Below, piece after piece: positions 20,071 through 32,043 of a stretch of 64,000 nucleotides of DNA (the stretch's first letter is position 1; each line of letters starts with the position of its first letter). Below the pieces are notes generated by a model that did no database searches, had not been told where the DNA came from, and saw nothing but the letters and a program-made list of their open reading frames with translations. The DNA is from Epithemia pelagica (Eukaryota > Protista > Bacillariophyta): NCBI GenBank assembly GCA_946965045.2, contig OX337233.1:3286001-3350000 (forward strand), written 5' to 3'. The position numbers and the translations under genes are program-made.

Positions 20071-20254
20071 TACATACTCCTCTATTTTGTTATGCTTCGA
20101 AAACTACTCCTATTTCTAATAAGTTTTGCTACCCCAATACCCATACGAAATACACCGACCGTCTGTCCCTCTTCCCATCGTGCGACGTGCGACCTCCCCC
20201 CACCATGACCATGAGTGCGATCATCTGCATCATCTAACCTTATCACCCATCACC

Positions 20255-21097
20255 ATGAAGTTTCGTCCTTGTATAGACCTACACGGAGGCTGTGTGAAGC
20301 AAATCGTTGGTGGCACTCTTTCAATAGAAGAATCGTCGTCACAACCGAAACCCAGCAGTGGTGGCGTCGACTCATCAAGCACAACAACCACGTTAACTAC
20401 CAATTTTTCCACCGATCGTCCCTCATCGGAGTATGCCGACATGTACCGAACGGATCAGTTGAGTGGAGGCCACGTTATAATGCTGGGTCCTGGAAACGAG
20501 GAGGCTGCCCAACTTGCGTTAAAGGCGTGGCCTGGAGGTCTTCAAATTGGGGGAGGTATCACGGATGCGAATGCGCAATTGTGGTTGGATCGAGGTGCTT
20601 CTCATATCATTGTCACGTCCTTTGTCTTTCGGAACGGTGTAATTGATTACGACCGCTTAACGAAGCTCGTCACAATTACTGGGAAAGAGCGCTTAATCTT
20701 GGATCTTTCTTGTCGGCGGCGGCCAGAAAACAACGGGGGTGGACCCTATTATGTGGTGACGGATAAATGGCAAAAGTTCACAAACGTGGAGGTCAGTGAA
20801 GCCAATCTGCAACACTTGTCCCAGTACTGTGACGAGTTTTTGGTGCATGGGGTCGACGTGGAGGGAAAACAGTGTGGTATCTTGGAAGATTTGGTCACTA
20901 TTTTGGGAACATCGTCCCCTATACCCGTGACGTACGCAGGGGGAGTACGAAGTATCCAAGATTTGGAACTTGTCAAGCGACTCGGATATGGCAAGGTGGA
21001 TTGTACCGTCGGGAGTGCTCTGGATATCTTTGGAGGATCGCTATCCTACCGAGATGTGGTGGAATGGCACAATCAACAACAAACACCAAAAGAGTAA
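20255..21097 (+). CDS. HIS6: ProFAR isomerase (eukaryotic HIS6/HisA type)
   Basis: MKFRPCIDLHGGCVKQIVG, GGLQIGGGIT, EFLVHGVDVEG, VTYAGG, TVGSALDIFGG. Confidence 0.95.
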   Translation: MKFRPCIDLHGGCVKQIVGGTLSIEESSSQPKPSSGGVDSSSTTTTLTTNFSTDRPSSEYADMYRTDQLSGGHVIMLGPGNEEAAQLALKAWPGGLQIGGGITDANAQLWLDRGASHIIVTSFVFRNGVIDYDRLTKLVTITGKERLILDLSCRRRPENNGGGPYYVVTDKWQKFTNVEVSEANLQHLSQYCDEFLVHGVDVEGKQCGILEDLVTILGTSSPIPVTYAGGVRSIQDLELVKRLGYGKVDCTVGSALDIFGGSLSYRDVVEWHNQQQTPKE

Positions 21098-21530
21098 CCA
21101 TGAAGCAACCTTTCAGTGTTTATGAGATGAGGCACTCACGATAGACGGAGCATGTCCTTTTTTCAGGTAGCTCCTGGATGCCTTGAACCATCAAATGGGC
21201 TCTGTCGTCCTCTGTCCTATCCTAAGTTGCTTCTTTTGGCGCATCTGTTCATGACGAAGTCAGAAACTCTGCATCAAGGAAAGAGCTGCTCAAAGACATG
21301 CTCTAGTAATCTAGTGGTTGCATAAATTGCTCGCTTGATATTTCCTTTTGATCTAAGTTGCAATAGGATGTATGGAACTAGACACTAGGGTAAGAACTGG
21401 CAAACTATGAAACTACGTGTTGCTACTACTCCTTTAGAGGGAAAACTAGGGATCTCGCTGTCGCGCGTACGTACTTCGTCCTTTTGTTGGAGCGAAGAAT
21501 TCGTTCCGACAGCACTTTTTCTGTCGGACC

Positions 21531-22388
21531 ATGGCGAAGGAAGCTACACCACCAAACCAGGAGGAACAGCAACATCCACAACAACATGTGTGTCTCTTTG
21601 GTATCTCTGCCGACCCTCCTACAGGAACTGCCGGTCATGTGGGAATTGTGAAACAGTTGCTGTCCTACTTTAGGATGGACGACACGAGTGAGGGTCCTCC
21701 ATTAGTCGACCAGATTCGCATCCTTCCGGTATATCGTCATACCTACGTGGACAAACGCAATCGACTAATCGCGTTTGAGCATCGAATGGAACTCTGTCGT
21801 CGAGCATTTTCCAATTTATCTCCCCAGGTGGTGGTGGCCACCGATGAATACGAATCGTGGAAACGTGCAGCAGCAGCAGCCGAGGCCAGTCCAGGACACT
21901 CGACTGAAGCCGTGGTGGTGGTGGGAACGGCCGCCTTGTTGGAATATTTGCAGGAACAAGAACCAAGCACGGTCTTTTCCTTTTGTTTGGGAGCCGATTC
22001 CTTTATCAGTCTGGTCCAAGGGAAATGGAAGGAAAGTGAACGAGTTCTCCAACTCTTGCAAGGGCGATTCATTGTGGTGAATCGAGTCTACGACCCATCC
22101 ACAACGACGCCAGATGACGACGACAAGAACATCCAACAAACCAAGGAACTGGAGACACTGGTCCAATCGGTGCCGGGAGCGCGATTGTTACCACCCAATC
22201 CAGAACTGGGAAGTGTCAGTTCCAGTCAGATCCGTGCCCTGCTTCAAGATCCAATAGAACGACAAGCCCTGTTATCGAAACGGCTCCACAACGACAAGGA
22301 GGAGACGAATCCTAGTAATGATGAGACCATGATTGCCTCGTCAGTGCTGGAGTATATCCAAGAACATGGATTGTATGAGGCTTCCTAG
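21531..22388 (+). CDS. Nicotinate/nicotinamide-nucleotide adenylyltransferase-like (NadD, cytidylyltransferase superfamily)
   Basis: CLFGISADPPTGTAGH (HxGH-like), FCLGADSF, SSSQIR. Confidence 0.8.
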   Translation: MAKEATPPNQEEQQHPQQHVCLFGISADPPTGTAGHVGIVKQLLSYFRMDDTSEGPPLVDQIRILPVYRHTYVDKRNRLIAFEHRMELCRRAFSNLSPQVVVATDEYESWKRAAAAAEASPGHSTEAVVVVGTAALLEYLQEQEPSTVFSFCLGADSFISLVQGKWKESERVLQLLQGRFIVVNRVYDPSTTTPDDDDKNIQQTKELETLVQSVPGARLLPPNPELGSVSSSQIRALLQDPIERQALLSKRLHNDKEETNPSNDETMIASSVLEYIQEHGLYEAS

Positions 22389-23516
22389 CAATCCAATTTG
22401 GCACTGTCTGTCTCACGAAAGTCGATCGTCTACCGATAATGATGAGTCAAAAGAGGGAAGCGCCAAGAATCCAGTGCGTACCCTGCTATATTGTGAAGTT
22501 GTGGAAGGATTCGAGTGCCGCAGCAGAGAGGCACAATCGACTTGGTTGTTGTTTGTTGGAGAAGAAGGGGCCGACAATCTGCTTCTTGTCCCCGAGAAAC
22601 GGTTCCCATACTTCTTTTGGTTGTCTATTGATTGTAGTTCCGTGGAATACTCCCATGCGATGATTCGCAGCCTCAAACGACGTGTGGAACAACCCTATCT
22701 CTCTAGGTAGCTGGGATCTTCTCTCCCTGATGTGGAATGACCATTACACAATGTTCTGTAGCTGCCTCTCGCCAGCAAAATTCAAAGAAGATCTCCACAA
22801 AGTGGAAACATCAAGGGCAGTCACCGACTGTCGCTTCTATACCATGAAAACCGCGGCCAGAAAGATCAACGTGTATCACGTTTTCTGGACCACAGGCGCG
22901 ATGGGATCACAGGTAATTCCAAAACTGATTGGAGAAACTCACGGTTGTTTGCACATCATTGTGCAATAGCCCTGTCACGAAAACTATCCGCAAGTCCTGG
23001 AATTCGTGAAGGGGGAGCAGTTGTTCTCTCGGTCGAGTTCAACTTGTGTGGACCCTTTACGTCGTTGCGTTGGTCATCGACTCCGCGACACCAAGCTGTC
23101 TTTTCAACTGACTCCTCCAGAAAGGGACTGATAACTGGAGAATTATTAGGATGTTGGAATGAAAGTGTGCTCATTCTGCTTCTTGCGTTGCCTTCATTGC
23201 AACCATTGACACCTTTATATGGTTGTTACCAGTAAAGTCGATTGACCCTATGATAGACTCTATCGAGGCTAACTCCTAATAGTTCTGATAGAATGTCATG
23301 ACACATAACCCATTCATCGAGAATTCCGAGCTCCCGAAAACCCCATCATTGTACACTCTGTCTCATACCCCCAAAGCAGTGCTGACGTTTCCTACACATT
23401 GTTCCTCACCCCCAAGAGTTGATGCCTCGCCTTTCTCGCACCACAATAGAATATCTTGTGTCCATTGTCTGTTGTTCCAAACAGAACAAAAGCAAGCAAA
23501 AGCAACGAAACAAACC

Positions 23517-25058
23517 ATGGGCACCCATTCGACGGCTCACGGCCATGACCATTCACACCATCACCATCATTCTCATGACGACGAGGCACCATCCAGTGGT
23601 TCTACGACAAAACATGCGGACACCATGTGTAGTTCCCACGGAGGTGGCGCCAAGTCTTCGTCGTGTTCTTCGTCTCACCACCAACAAAGCGAAGTGATGC
23701 GTCGGTTAAAGACTGCCATGGCCTTGTGTTCCGCCTTTTTGGTGGTCGAAGTCGTGGGTGGATACTTTGCAGGATCCTTGGCCATTTTATCCGATGCGGC
23801 CCATTTGTTTGCCGATTTGGCCAGTTTTGCCGTGGCCATTGGATCCGCGCATTTGGCCTCCTTGCCACCGACGGATTATCATACCTTTGGTTTGAAACGA
23901 ACCGAATCCTTGGCGGCCCTGCTCAGTATGATATCCTTGGCACTCGTTTCCGTGTATTTGGCCATGGAGGCCGTCCGTCGATTGTACAAAATTCTAGCGC
24001 CCAATCAAGAACAAGAAGAAGTCAATGGCAAACTCATGAGTCAAGTCGCAGCCATTGGTGTCATTGTCAATTTGGCCCTGGCATGGGTGCTGGGTGTGGA
24101 GAATCATGTCCACTTGCCAGGAGCAGACCACGATCATTCGCATGATCATGGTCATCATGGAGAGGATGATCATGGTCATCATCACGGCCATTCACACGAC
24201 AACCACAAAGAAGAAGAACAGGGTGGACACAAAAGCCATTCCGAAAATTCTACAAAAGGCGGGCATGATCATCAGGGGGAGCATGAACACGAACACGAAC
24301 ACGAACATAGTCATGGCCACCATGCGTCAGGCCTGGAGGATCATTCGCACGAACACCATCATGACGGAGACGTGGAGTCCGCTCCCTTGCTGCACAGCAG
24401 TGACGATTGTCATGCAGACCATGGTCCCAAAACCTATAATTCAGTGGCGAGTAAAAAGGAGCATGCAAAGAAAAAGAACAAGAGCGAAAGCAGTCCCCTT
24501 CGAAACGTGAATTTACATGCCGCCTATTTGCATGTCTTGGGAGACTTGTTGCAATCCGTTGGTGTCCTGATTGCTGGTCTGATCATTTGGTACAATCCCC
24601 AATGGGCGTGGGTAGACCCGGTGTGTACCCTCTTCTTTTGTGCCTGCGTCTTTTATTCGACTCTATCCGTGTTGCGAAATTCCGTAGCGGTCCTCTTGCA
24701 GGAAACACCCTCCAATGTCAATTGGCAACATGTTTACGATTCCATTGAAAGTATTGAAGGAGTCAAGAATGTCCATGATTTGCACATTTGGTCCATTTCG
24801 CATGGCATTCCGTCCTTGTCGGTCCACTGCTCTTCGGACGGCGATCCCCAAGTGGCCATGAAACGCATTTCCTCCTTGCTCAAGAACGAAATGGGCATTC
24901 ATCACATTACCATTCAAATACAAGAAGGAACTGGCGATTGTATTACCTGCGCCAATGTGGGTTGTGATAGCGCTCGCCTCGAAGAACGCAACAGTTTTCG
25001 AAAGCCTGGTAGCACAAGCATTCACAGCAGTGGAAGCAGCCATCATACTCCTGTCTAA
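23517..25058 (+). CDS. Cation diffusion facilitator Zn2+ transporter (ZnT/SLC30/MTP1 type) with long His-rich segments
   Basis: SLAILSDAAHLFAD, NVNLHAAYLHVLGDLLQS, VHDLHIWS, HHITIQ; His-rich loop between TM4 and TM5. Confidence 0.93.
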   Translation: MGTHSTAHGHDHSHHHHHSHDDEAPSSGSTTKHADTMCSSHGGGAKSSSCSSSHHQQSEVMRRLKTAMALCSAFLVVEVVGGYFAGSLAILSDAAHLFADLASFAVAIGSAHLASLPPTDYHTFGLKRTESLAALLSMISLALVSVYLAMEAVRRLYKILAPNQEQEEVNGKLMSQVAAIGVIVNLALAWVLGVENHVHLPGADHDHSHDHGHHGEDDHGHHHGHSHDNHKEEEQGGHKSHSENSTKGGHDHQGEHEHEHEHEHSHGHHASGLEDHSHEHHHDGDVESAPLLHSSDDCHADHGPKTYNSVASKKEHAKKKNKSESSPLRNVNLHAAYLHVLGDLLQSVGVLIAGLIIWYNPQWAWVDPVCTLFFCACVFYSTLSVLRNSVAVLLQETPSNVNWQHVYDSIESIEGVKNVHDLHIWSISHGIPSLSVHCSSDGDPQVAMKRISSLLKNEMGIHHITIQIQEGTGDCITCANVGCDSARLEERNSFRKPGSTSIHSSGSSHHTPV

Positions 25059-25331
25059 CACTATACAAGTTCGATTCCTATATCCCCATAACTACATTGT
25101 ATCATAGAAAAATCGAAACCGCTATACATTCCTTCTTACATGGATCAAATGCGGCCAAAAAGCGGAGATTAAAAAGTTTGGCCAGTAGGGGACAGTATCA
25201 CGTTCCCCCTTACATTTCGATGCATTGTGGGAACTGTTTGTTGTTGCTTTCACGGCAACCCAGCTAAAAAAGCGTTTCCTGTATATATATAGAGGGTAAT
25301 AACCATCAATCGTCTCCTTCCTTCTCAGGCC

Positions 25332-25845
25332 TTATTGGGTTTGTTGCTGTTGTGCCAATTGTGCTTGTTGTTGCTGTTGAACCGCTTGGTGTTCGGCAAA
25401 CCGTAGTCCGACACGTTGTGTCATCTTAATGTAGCGAGCTGAAAAACACCAAAACAAGAAGAGTGCAGGTATATATGAGGAATTGGTCGAATGAATGCGG
25501 CTGTGATTGATACACTTCTGAAAAAGAGACGTACTGGCACATTGTTCCACACAGCTAATCTCGGACTTGTCCAAGGCCTTGCTTCGAAAGGATGTCACAC
25601 AGGAATCGAAGCATCGGGCCACCAAATTGTTGTACATGCTAAAAACCACCGTACAGAGGGGGAAATGACATGATGGAACGGAGCAAGAACGGGAAGTTGA
25701 TTAAATGAGTACACGAGTCGCAGAATAACATAGGGGTTCGATGTTTCAGAGCAACGTACGTCAGGGAGTCCTTTAATTGGAGCTGCTCCATTTCCTTCAT
25801 GAACAACTTTTGTTGGTGTGGTGCCAAACCTTGAACAGCCTCCAT
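25332..25845 (-). CDS. TIM9: Mitochondrial small TIM chaperone Tim9; introns 25639-25759 and 25439-25534
   Basis: The spliced product has the twin CX3C motif (RCFDSCV…SCVEQCA) and RYIKMTQRVGLRFAE. Confidence 0.9.
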
Positions 25846-26146
25846 GATGATTGATATGAGTAGATGATGAACAGAGAGTTTGCGTAGTGGATGGTAATGA
25901 AATGGTTCCCCCTCCCTCGTCTCAAGGTGTGGTCGTCGTTGTGATTAGACATCCAACAGGGGGAGGGAGATGGCGCGTCTGATATGCGACCCGATCTCAT
26001 CGATGATTTACCTCTTACCGGTCTCACTAGTAACGCCACACAACGTGCGGCACGGCGGTACATTGTGGCTGCAACCCATACAAGTGTCTTGAGGTTTTTG
26101 TATTCGACTGGGTTACCCATTGGACCAAAAACGTAGAACAAGAACC

Positions 26147-26908
26147 ATGGCTGACGTTGAGGAACAACCGGCTGAGGCCGCCTCGGAATACGCTGAAGGA
26201 GAAGAAGCTCCGGAAGGCGGAGAGTTTGAAGAAGAGGAAGATGAATTCGTTCCGGTCGCTGGCAATGAGATTAAACTCTTTGGAAAGTGGTCGTTTGACG
26301 AAATCGAAGTCCGTGATATTTCGTTGGAGGTATGTATTCTGAGATTTTTGTTGAATGATTGGTGAGACGGCCTTGTCTCACATGTATTTTGTCTCGTGTA
26401 GGACTACATTGCGTGCAAAAATGATCACGCCACATACTTGCCGCACACAGCCGGACGCTACCAAATGAAGCGTTTCCGTAAGGCCTCCTGTCCTATTGTG
26501 GAACGACTTGCCTGCTGCCTTATGCGCCGCGGCCGCAACAATGGAAAGAAACTCATGGCCGTGAGAATCATCCAACATACACTGGAGATTATCCATTTGT
26601 TGACGGATAAGAATCCCATTCAAATTGTGGTGGACGCCATTATCAACTCGGGACCTCGGGAAGATTCCACACGTGTGGGTGGTGCCGGTGTGGTCCGTCG
26701 TCAGGCCGTGGATATGTCTCCCTTTCGACGTGTCAACTACGCCCTGTACTTGTTGGCCACGGGTGCCCGAGAAGCCTCCTTCCGAAACCTCAAGACCATG
26801 GCTGAGTGTCTAGCGGAAGAACTCATCAATGCCGCTCGTGGGTCCTCCAACTCGTATGCCATTAAGAAGAAGGATGAGATTGAGCGCGTAGCTAAATCAA
26901 ATCGCTAG
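26147..26908 (+). CDS. RPS5: 40S ribosomal protein S5 (uS7); intron 26330-26401
   Basis: [47 protein letters not shown]. Confidence 0.98.
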
Positions 26909-27502
26909 ATATTTCTATTTTTCTCACAATTTGTAATTTAGTGTTTTACCAGAAGAGATCCTCCCTGCGCGAAATGTCAGTTGGCTCAGCTTCTTTTATT
27001 ATCTAGTGTATTCCAAGCTTGGATAGAGGCTTTGTGCGCCATGTCAAATAGCCGACCTTCCCACGGTTCAGTGGTCCAAAATCGAACATTAACGCGCCAG
27101 TTCTACTACGGTATGATGAAGTCTATGCACATAGCCACCTGAAAATGGAATGGGAGTTGGAGGGAGAGACGGTATGATCGTGACCGTCCGAGACACAGAC
27201 AAGGAAGTGGAAAAAATGCAAAAAGAATGTCGATTTTGAATTTTGGTCAGGGACAGAAAGAATTATGACGTCATCATGCCAGCTTGCGTCATCACCGAAA
27301 GATCGCCGATACATCCAAGCGCGTGAATCCGTTTAAAGTATCATACTGACTTTCTCAATCAGTGAGTCGGGACAGCTGGAGAGCACGATGGATGACGTTT
27401 TCGACGGCATGGTATTGCGAAAGACAGCTTGTCGTCTGCCAAAGCAACAAAGTTACAAGTTACGCCTCTTCTTTCACTCTTTTGTAGAGAAGAACACCGA
27501 CC

Positions 27503-29108
27503 ATGGTAACCATGATGCGACCAACAGCCACCAGAGCGGCAACCTCTGCCTGGAGAGCCGTCTCCTCCTCGGCGCAATCGACAATTCGTCGATCAACGAT
27601 CCGAACCATGGCCACCTTTCCCGATGCCTCGTCTCTCAACTACCCAATCGTCCCCAAGGAGGATTTTGGGGCCTTTAAGGAATATTCCGTGATTCATACG
27701 GATCGATCCCTCAATCTCATGTCGGATCCCTTTCAACGAGTCATGAGGGATTTGAATCAATTGCTCAAGGTCACCTACAATGCCGATAAGGTCATTATTG
27801 TGCCAGGGTAAGATTCTCTTTCGATGAAAATACGATTCAAGCCTGGCACCGTGTCTGTCATTTGCAGTACCTTGTATATGGCCCTCTCTGTGATCCTACA
27901 TCTTGTCTTACGAGTACTGGTTCTGTCATTTATTGCATTGTTCTCTTTGTTTTATGAATGGTTGTTGGCCATGTTCTCTTTTTCCTTTATCCTGTTTTTG
28001 ATAATTTGATTTTGTTTGGTCTTGCACCTTCTTGTCGCGTCATTGATTTTGGGACTGTGATGTTCTCCTTGCGACTCGTTTTGTTGTGAAACTACTCTAT
28101 AGATCTGGAACCTATGGCATGGAAGCTGTAGCGCGTCAATTTGCCAATGACGAACATGTCATGGTGGTGCGCAATGGATGGTTTTCCTACCGATGGACCG
28201 AAATTTTGGAAATTGGCGACATTCCCAAGTCGCATACGGTCCTCAAAGCCCAACCCGTGGCGAACAATGATGCACCCCATGTGCAGTACGAACCCCATCC
28301 CGTCGATCAAGTGGTGGCAAAAATTCACGAGGAACGTCCGGCCGTCCTGTTCATGCCGCACGTGGAAACTTCGGTGGGAATGATTTTGCCGGACGATTAC
28401 ATTCGCCAAGTGGCGGCCGCCATGCATGAAGTGGGCGGTTTGGTCGTCTTGGATTGCATTGCCTCGGGTACCGTGTGGGTGGATATGAAGGATGTCGGTG
28501 TCGATGTCTTGATTTCGGCGCCGCAAAAGGGATGGACCGGCCCACCCTGTGCCGCCTTGGTCCAATTGTCCCAACGGGCCGTGGACCAGATGGAACATAC
28601 CAAGGAAACTTCCTTTTCCATGTCCTTGAAACGATGGGGCGCCATTATGGACACGTACGAAAATGGCGGCTTTGCCTACCACACCACCATGCCGACGGAC
28701 GCCTTGCGCGATTTTCACGAAATTTCGGTCGAAACCTTGAAATTCGGCTTGCCCGAACTCAAGGCGGCGCAACTCCAATTGGGAGCCGCCGCCCGCGCCG
28801 TCTTGGACAATCGGAATTTGACCAGTGTCGCTGCTCCGGGCTTTGCCGCACCCGGTGTCTTGGTCTATTACAGTCCCGGAGACGATACGGCCAATCCGGT
28901 CATGATGACCTCCTTCAAGGAACAAGGATTGCAAATTGCCATGGGAGTCCCATGGAAGATTGATGAACCACAAGGACTCAAAACCTTTCGTGTAGGATTG
29001 TTTGGATTGGACAAATTGGGACACATTGACGCCACGGTTGGTACTTTGGAAAAGGCCTTGGATCAAGTCTTGACCGATTTGGGACAATCCGGTAGCAAAG
29101 CGGCATGA
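27503..29108 (+). CDS. Class V PLP aminotransferase (alanine-glyoxylate/serine-pyruvate type) with an organellar-like presequence; intron 27808-28102
   Basis: IVPG|SGTYGMEAVA across the intron, PHVETS, LDCIASG, ISAPQKGW (PLP lysine). Confidence 0.88.
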
Positions 29109-29685
29109 GATTCTTCCATTCTTTGACTTTTTAAACAATAGAGAAACATACTACATTGTTGTCTACGCATTGCAGTCGTAGTGATATTCGGTATCTGTAG
29201 ATTTCTATAGAAAGCAACGACGGTAGCATCAAGGTCTAAACGAAACCAATGCGTGTTGCAAAACAAGCACCCTGCCGTGACAAGTACGGATACGAGTGCA
29301 GATTTCTAGGAACCGTGCATGGTATGGAAGATGTGTATCTTTCGTAGCAGTTTCTCTATGACACCAACCGAGTGGCGTTTATCTATGACATGTCGAATCT
29401 CGAACTCGTGTCGTTCGATGAACGATTCCCTGTACAACACGACGACGACGACAGTTTCCAAATGATTGCGCGATCCTCATGGACCGACCGACACAGTGTA
29501 TCGTGACACGAACAACATGGTATTAGATCCAGTGAATGGGACCGAGCAAGCGGCCTTGCGCGCGCATGTTCTCAACGGGAAATTCACGTTTGTGTGTGTG
29601 CTCGGTTTGACACGCACACTCGTGGCTGTCTTCCCCATCGTATCGCCTCTAATAGACTAGTGTGTTTCGTTGTTGTTGTTGTTGG

Positions 29686-32043
29686 TTATTCATGCTTGGC
29701 TTCCTTCTTGTCACGGGGACGAAAAAAGCTCGTGTCTCCCGTACCACGACCGGGCGAACCTTCTTCATCCTCCTCCTCGTTATACGCCATACTGCTGCTC
29801 GTACGGACCGGTCGTCGCCGAGTCCTGGTATTGCCGTTCGGTCGTTTCGAGGGGTCATCCAACCAATGCGTCCGCCAGGCATCTTCGGGCAAGTGAGCGA
29901 CGCGATGGACCGAACGCCGCATGACCCAGACCCACACACATCCCAATCCACTCAAGACGAGTTGCAAGACGCCAAAGGGATCGCGACCTCCGGTACACAC
30001 CACGTTGGAGGCGGCTGGTTCGGCGGCTGGTTCGGTATGACACGTGGCGGGCCGCGTCAAGACACTGACGAGCCACAAGACGAGCGAGGCGGGATAGGTG
30101 CCACCCAAATTGGCCGCTGTATTCAACAGCGTCATGTACGAGCCGCCAATGGCCGGATCGACGCAATGGGCAAAAAAGACCATTTGGGCATTGAATTGCA
30201 AACTCGCGCAAATGGCTTGAGCCGCCGTCGAGGCCACGACCGCCCCCCAAAACAAGAGAGACTTGGAAGTATGATGGTGTTGAGTGTTTTTCAACACCCA
30301 CAACATGAGCGTATCCAAGAGCGGTACGAGGGTGACACGGAATTGATAGGCCGTCATGAACTGTTGCAGGGGATCGCCGTGCCAGACTTTGGAGGCCACG
30401 AGGGGGACCAAAATACCCAATGGCAAAATGACAGTGGGCGATAAGAGGGCCGTGGTGGATTTGCTCAAGCCATATTCCACCGCCTTGAGAAATTTCACAT
30501 TGTCATTCAAGGCGGTTGGCAATCGATAGGTTAACAAAATGACAAACAAGGATTGGACGGCCGGCAATTGACAGACGGCCCACAAGCGACGATAGGTTTC
30601 CCGCAAGCCAATTTCGGAGGCATCCAATTCATGGTCTTCATCGTACTCTTGTTCCACGTGCAATTGTTGTTTCTTGTTGTGGTCATGAAAGGAATCGAGT
30701 CGATCGGATTGCAACAAGACTTCACTGGATCGAGGCATGCCGGTACTCAGACTTCGATGATACGACGAGGATGATGATGATGATGATGTCACCGTTGTCG
30801 ACGACACTTCTCGTTTGAACAGGGCGACGGCCGTGGTGGTGGCAAGCATGAAGTATCCCATGCCTTGCAAAAAGGATTGGAGGGAGACGAGACCGCGCGT
30901 GGGATTGGAGGGCAAGCCCAGCAGGGGTCGCCACAACACTTGACTGCTTTCCACATCGTTCAAGGCCAAGAATCCGACAAAGGATAAAAAGTAGCCAATG
31001 TTTTGACCAATGGAATTGCAAATGGGACCTCGTCCCCGATTCTTTTTGCTGAGCAACGTCAAGGCCCATCCGTCGACGGCAATGTCTTGAGTGGCCATGA
31101 GAAAGTACAAGACAAAGAAAAACAACGTCACCCCTTGCACATTCAACGTCGTCGTAGTCGTACTACTAGTACTCGTCGTATCCAACCCCAATTGTCGTTC
31201 GACAAAGTTGGCGCCCGTGACCATCATGAGACCGGCAATGGCTTGGACGGGCACGAGCCAGGATTTGCGTCGACCAAACTGTTTGAAAAAGCAGGCATCG
31301 ACCAGGGGTGCCCAGAGCAATTTGAGGGAAAAGGGCCAGGAACAGAGGGCAAAAATGGCATTGGCTTGATAGGACAATTGCGTGGCGGCCGACACGACAT
31401 CTGTCGTACTGGATGCTGCCGCACTGACACTGGCGGCCGACAGGGCTTGAAGCTTTTGTTGAATCAAAAAGGGAATCGAGGCCGACAAGCCCATGGGAAT
31501 GCCTTGCAAGGTATACAAGGCCACCAAGAGCGCGTAATTGAGGCGATCGTCGTGATCTTCGGCGGCAGCCACTGGTGGTTCTGGCTGTTGCAACAGTGGA
31601 ACCGTCGACGACGAAGTCGAGACGGCCGTCGGCCAAGACGCTGCTGCTGCGGCGGCTGTCGCCGATGACGACGACAATAGGGGAGCCGATTGGGGAGGTT
31701 GTGGCAACCGAGAGGACAAGGAGGACGATGCGTCTAGGACATGTTGCTGTGATTGTGGTTGATGCTCGGAGGAGGAAGATGGTGGTACTGGACTGGTTTG
31801 GGTCGTAGCCGAGGCATATCGTGGGACTGTCGTCGTGGTAGTTCTCGGTGTCGTTGTCGTGGTGGTTGTCGTGGCGGTGGATGCCAATGCCGACGAAGAC
31901 GACGACGAATTGCGAGTCGACGGCATGCTTGTCGTCGTTGTGGGTGTGGTGGTGGTTGCGGTTGTGGTTGTTGGAGGCTTGGTCGAGTCTTTGACCGTCG
32001 ATGCCGTCCTTCGTTTCATGCCTTGTCGAAATCGATGCAACAT
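29686..32043 (-). CDS. Acetyl-CoA transporter (SLC33A1/AT-1-like MFS protein)
   Basis: LYTLQGIPMGL, SWPFSLKLLWAPLVD, FGRRKSW, ATQDIAVDGWAL, GGSYMTLLNTAANLGG. Confidence 0.92.
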   Translation of the reverse strand: MLHRFRQGMKRRTASTVKDSTKPPTTTTATTTTPTTTTSMPSTRNSSSSSSALASTATTTTTTTTPRTTTTTVPRYASATTQTSPVPPSSSSEHQPQSQQHVLDASSSLSSRLPQPPQSAPLLSSSSATAAAAAASWPTAVSTSSSTVPLLQQPEPPVAAAEDHDDRLNYALLVALYTLQGIPMGLSASIPFLIQQKLQALSAASVSAAASSTTDVVSAATQLSYQANAIFALCSWPFSLKLLWAPLVDACFFKQFGRRKSWLVPVQAIAGLMMVTGANFVERQLGLDTTSTSSTTTTTLNVQGVTLFFFVLYFLMATQDIAVDGWALTLLSKKNRGRGPICNSIGQNIGYFLSFVGFLALNDVESSQVLWRPLLGLPSNPTRGLVSLQSFLQGMGYFMLATTTAVALFKREVSSTTVTSSSSSSSSYHRSLSTGMPRSSEVLLQSDRLDSFHDHNKKQQLHVEQEYDEDHELDASEIGLRETYRRLWAVCQLPAVQSLFVILLTYRLPTALNDNVKFLKAVEYGLSKSTTALLSPTVILPLGILVPLVASKVWHGDPLQQFMTAYQFRVTLVPLLDTLMLWVLKNTQHHHTSKSLLFWGAVVASTAAQAICASLQFNAQMVFFAHCVDPAIGGSYMTLLNTAANLGGTYPASLVLWLVSVLTRPATCHTEPAAEPAASNVVCTGGRDPFGVLQLVLSGLGCVWVWVMRRSVHRVAHLPEDAWRTHWLDDPSKRPNGNTRTRRRPVRTSSSMAYNEEEDEEGSPGRGTGDTSFFRPRDKKEAKHE

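Noticed and set aside
20255-22388. Adjacent hisA and nadD-like genes as a bacterial operon or contamination
   Set aside because: HisA is the eukaryotic HIS6 type, the genes are more than 400 bp apart, and they are flanked by intron-containing eukaryotic genes.
28092-29138. Long antisense ORFs (also 33753-34628, 37183-37941, 61497-62306, 16505-17155)
   Set aside because: They are shadow frames opposite well-supported genes with GC-rich codon usage, and carry no motifs.
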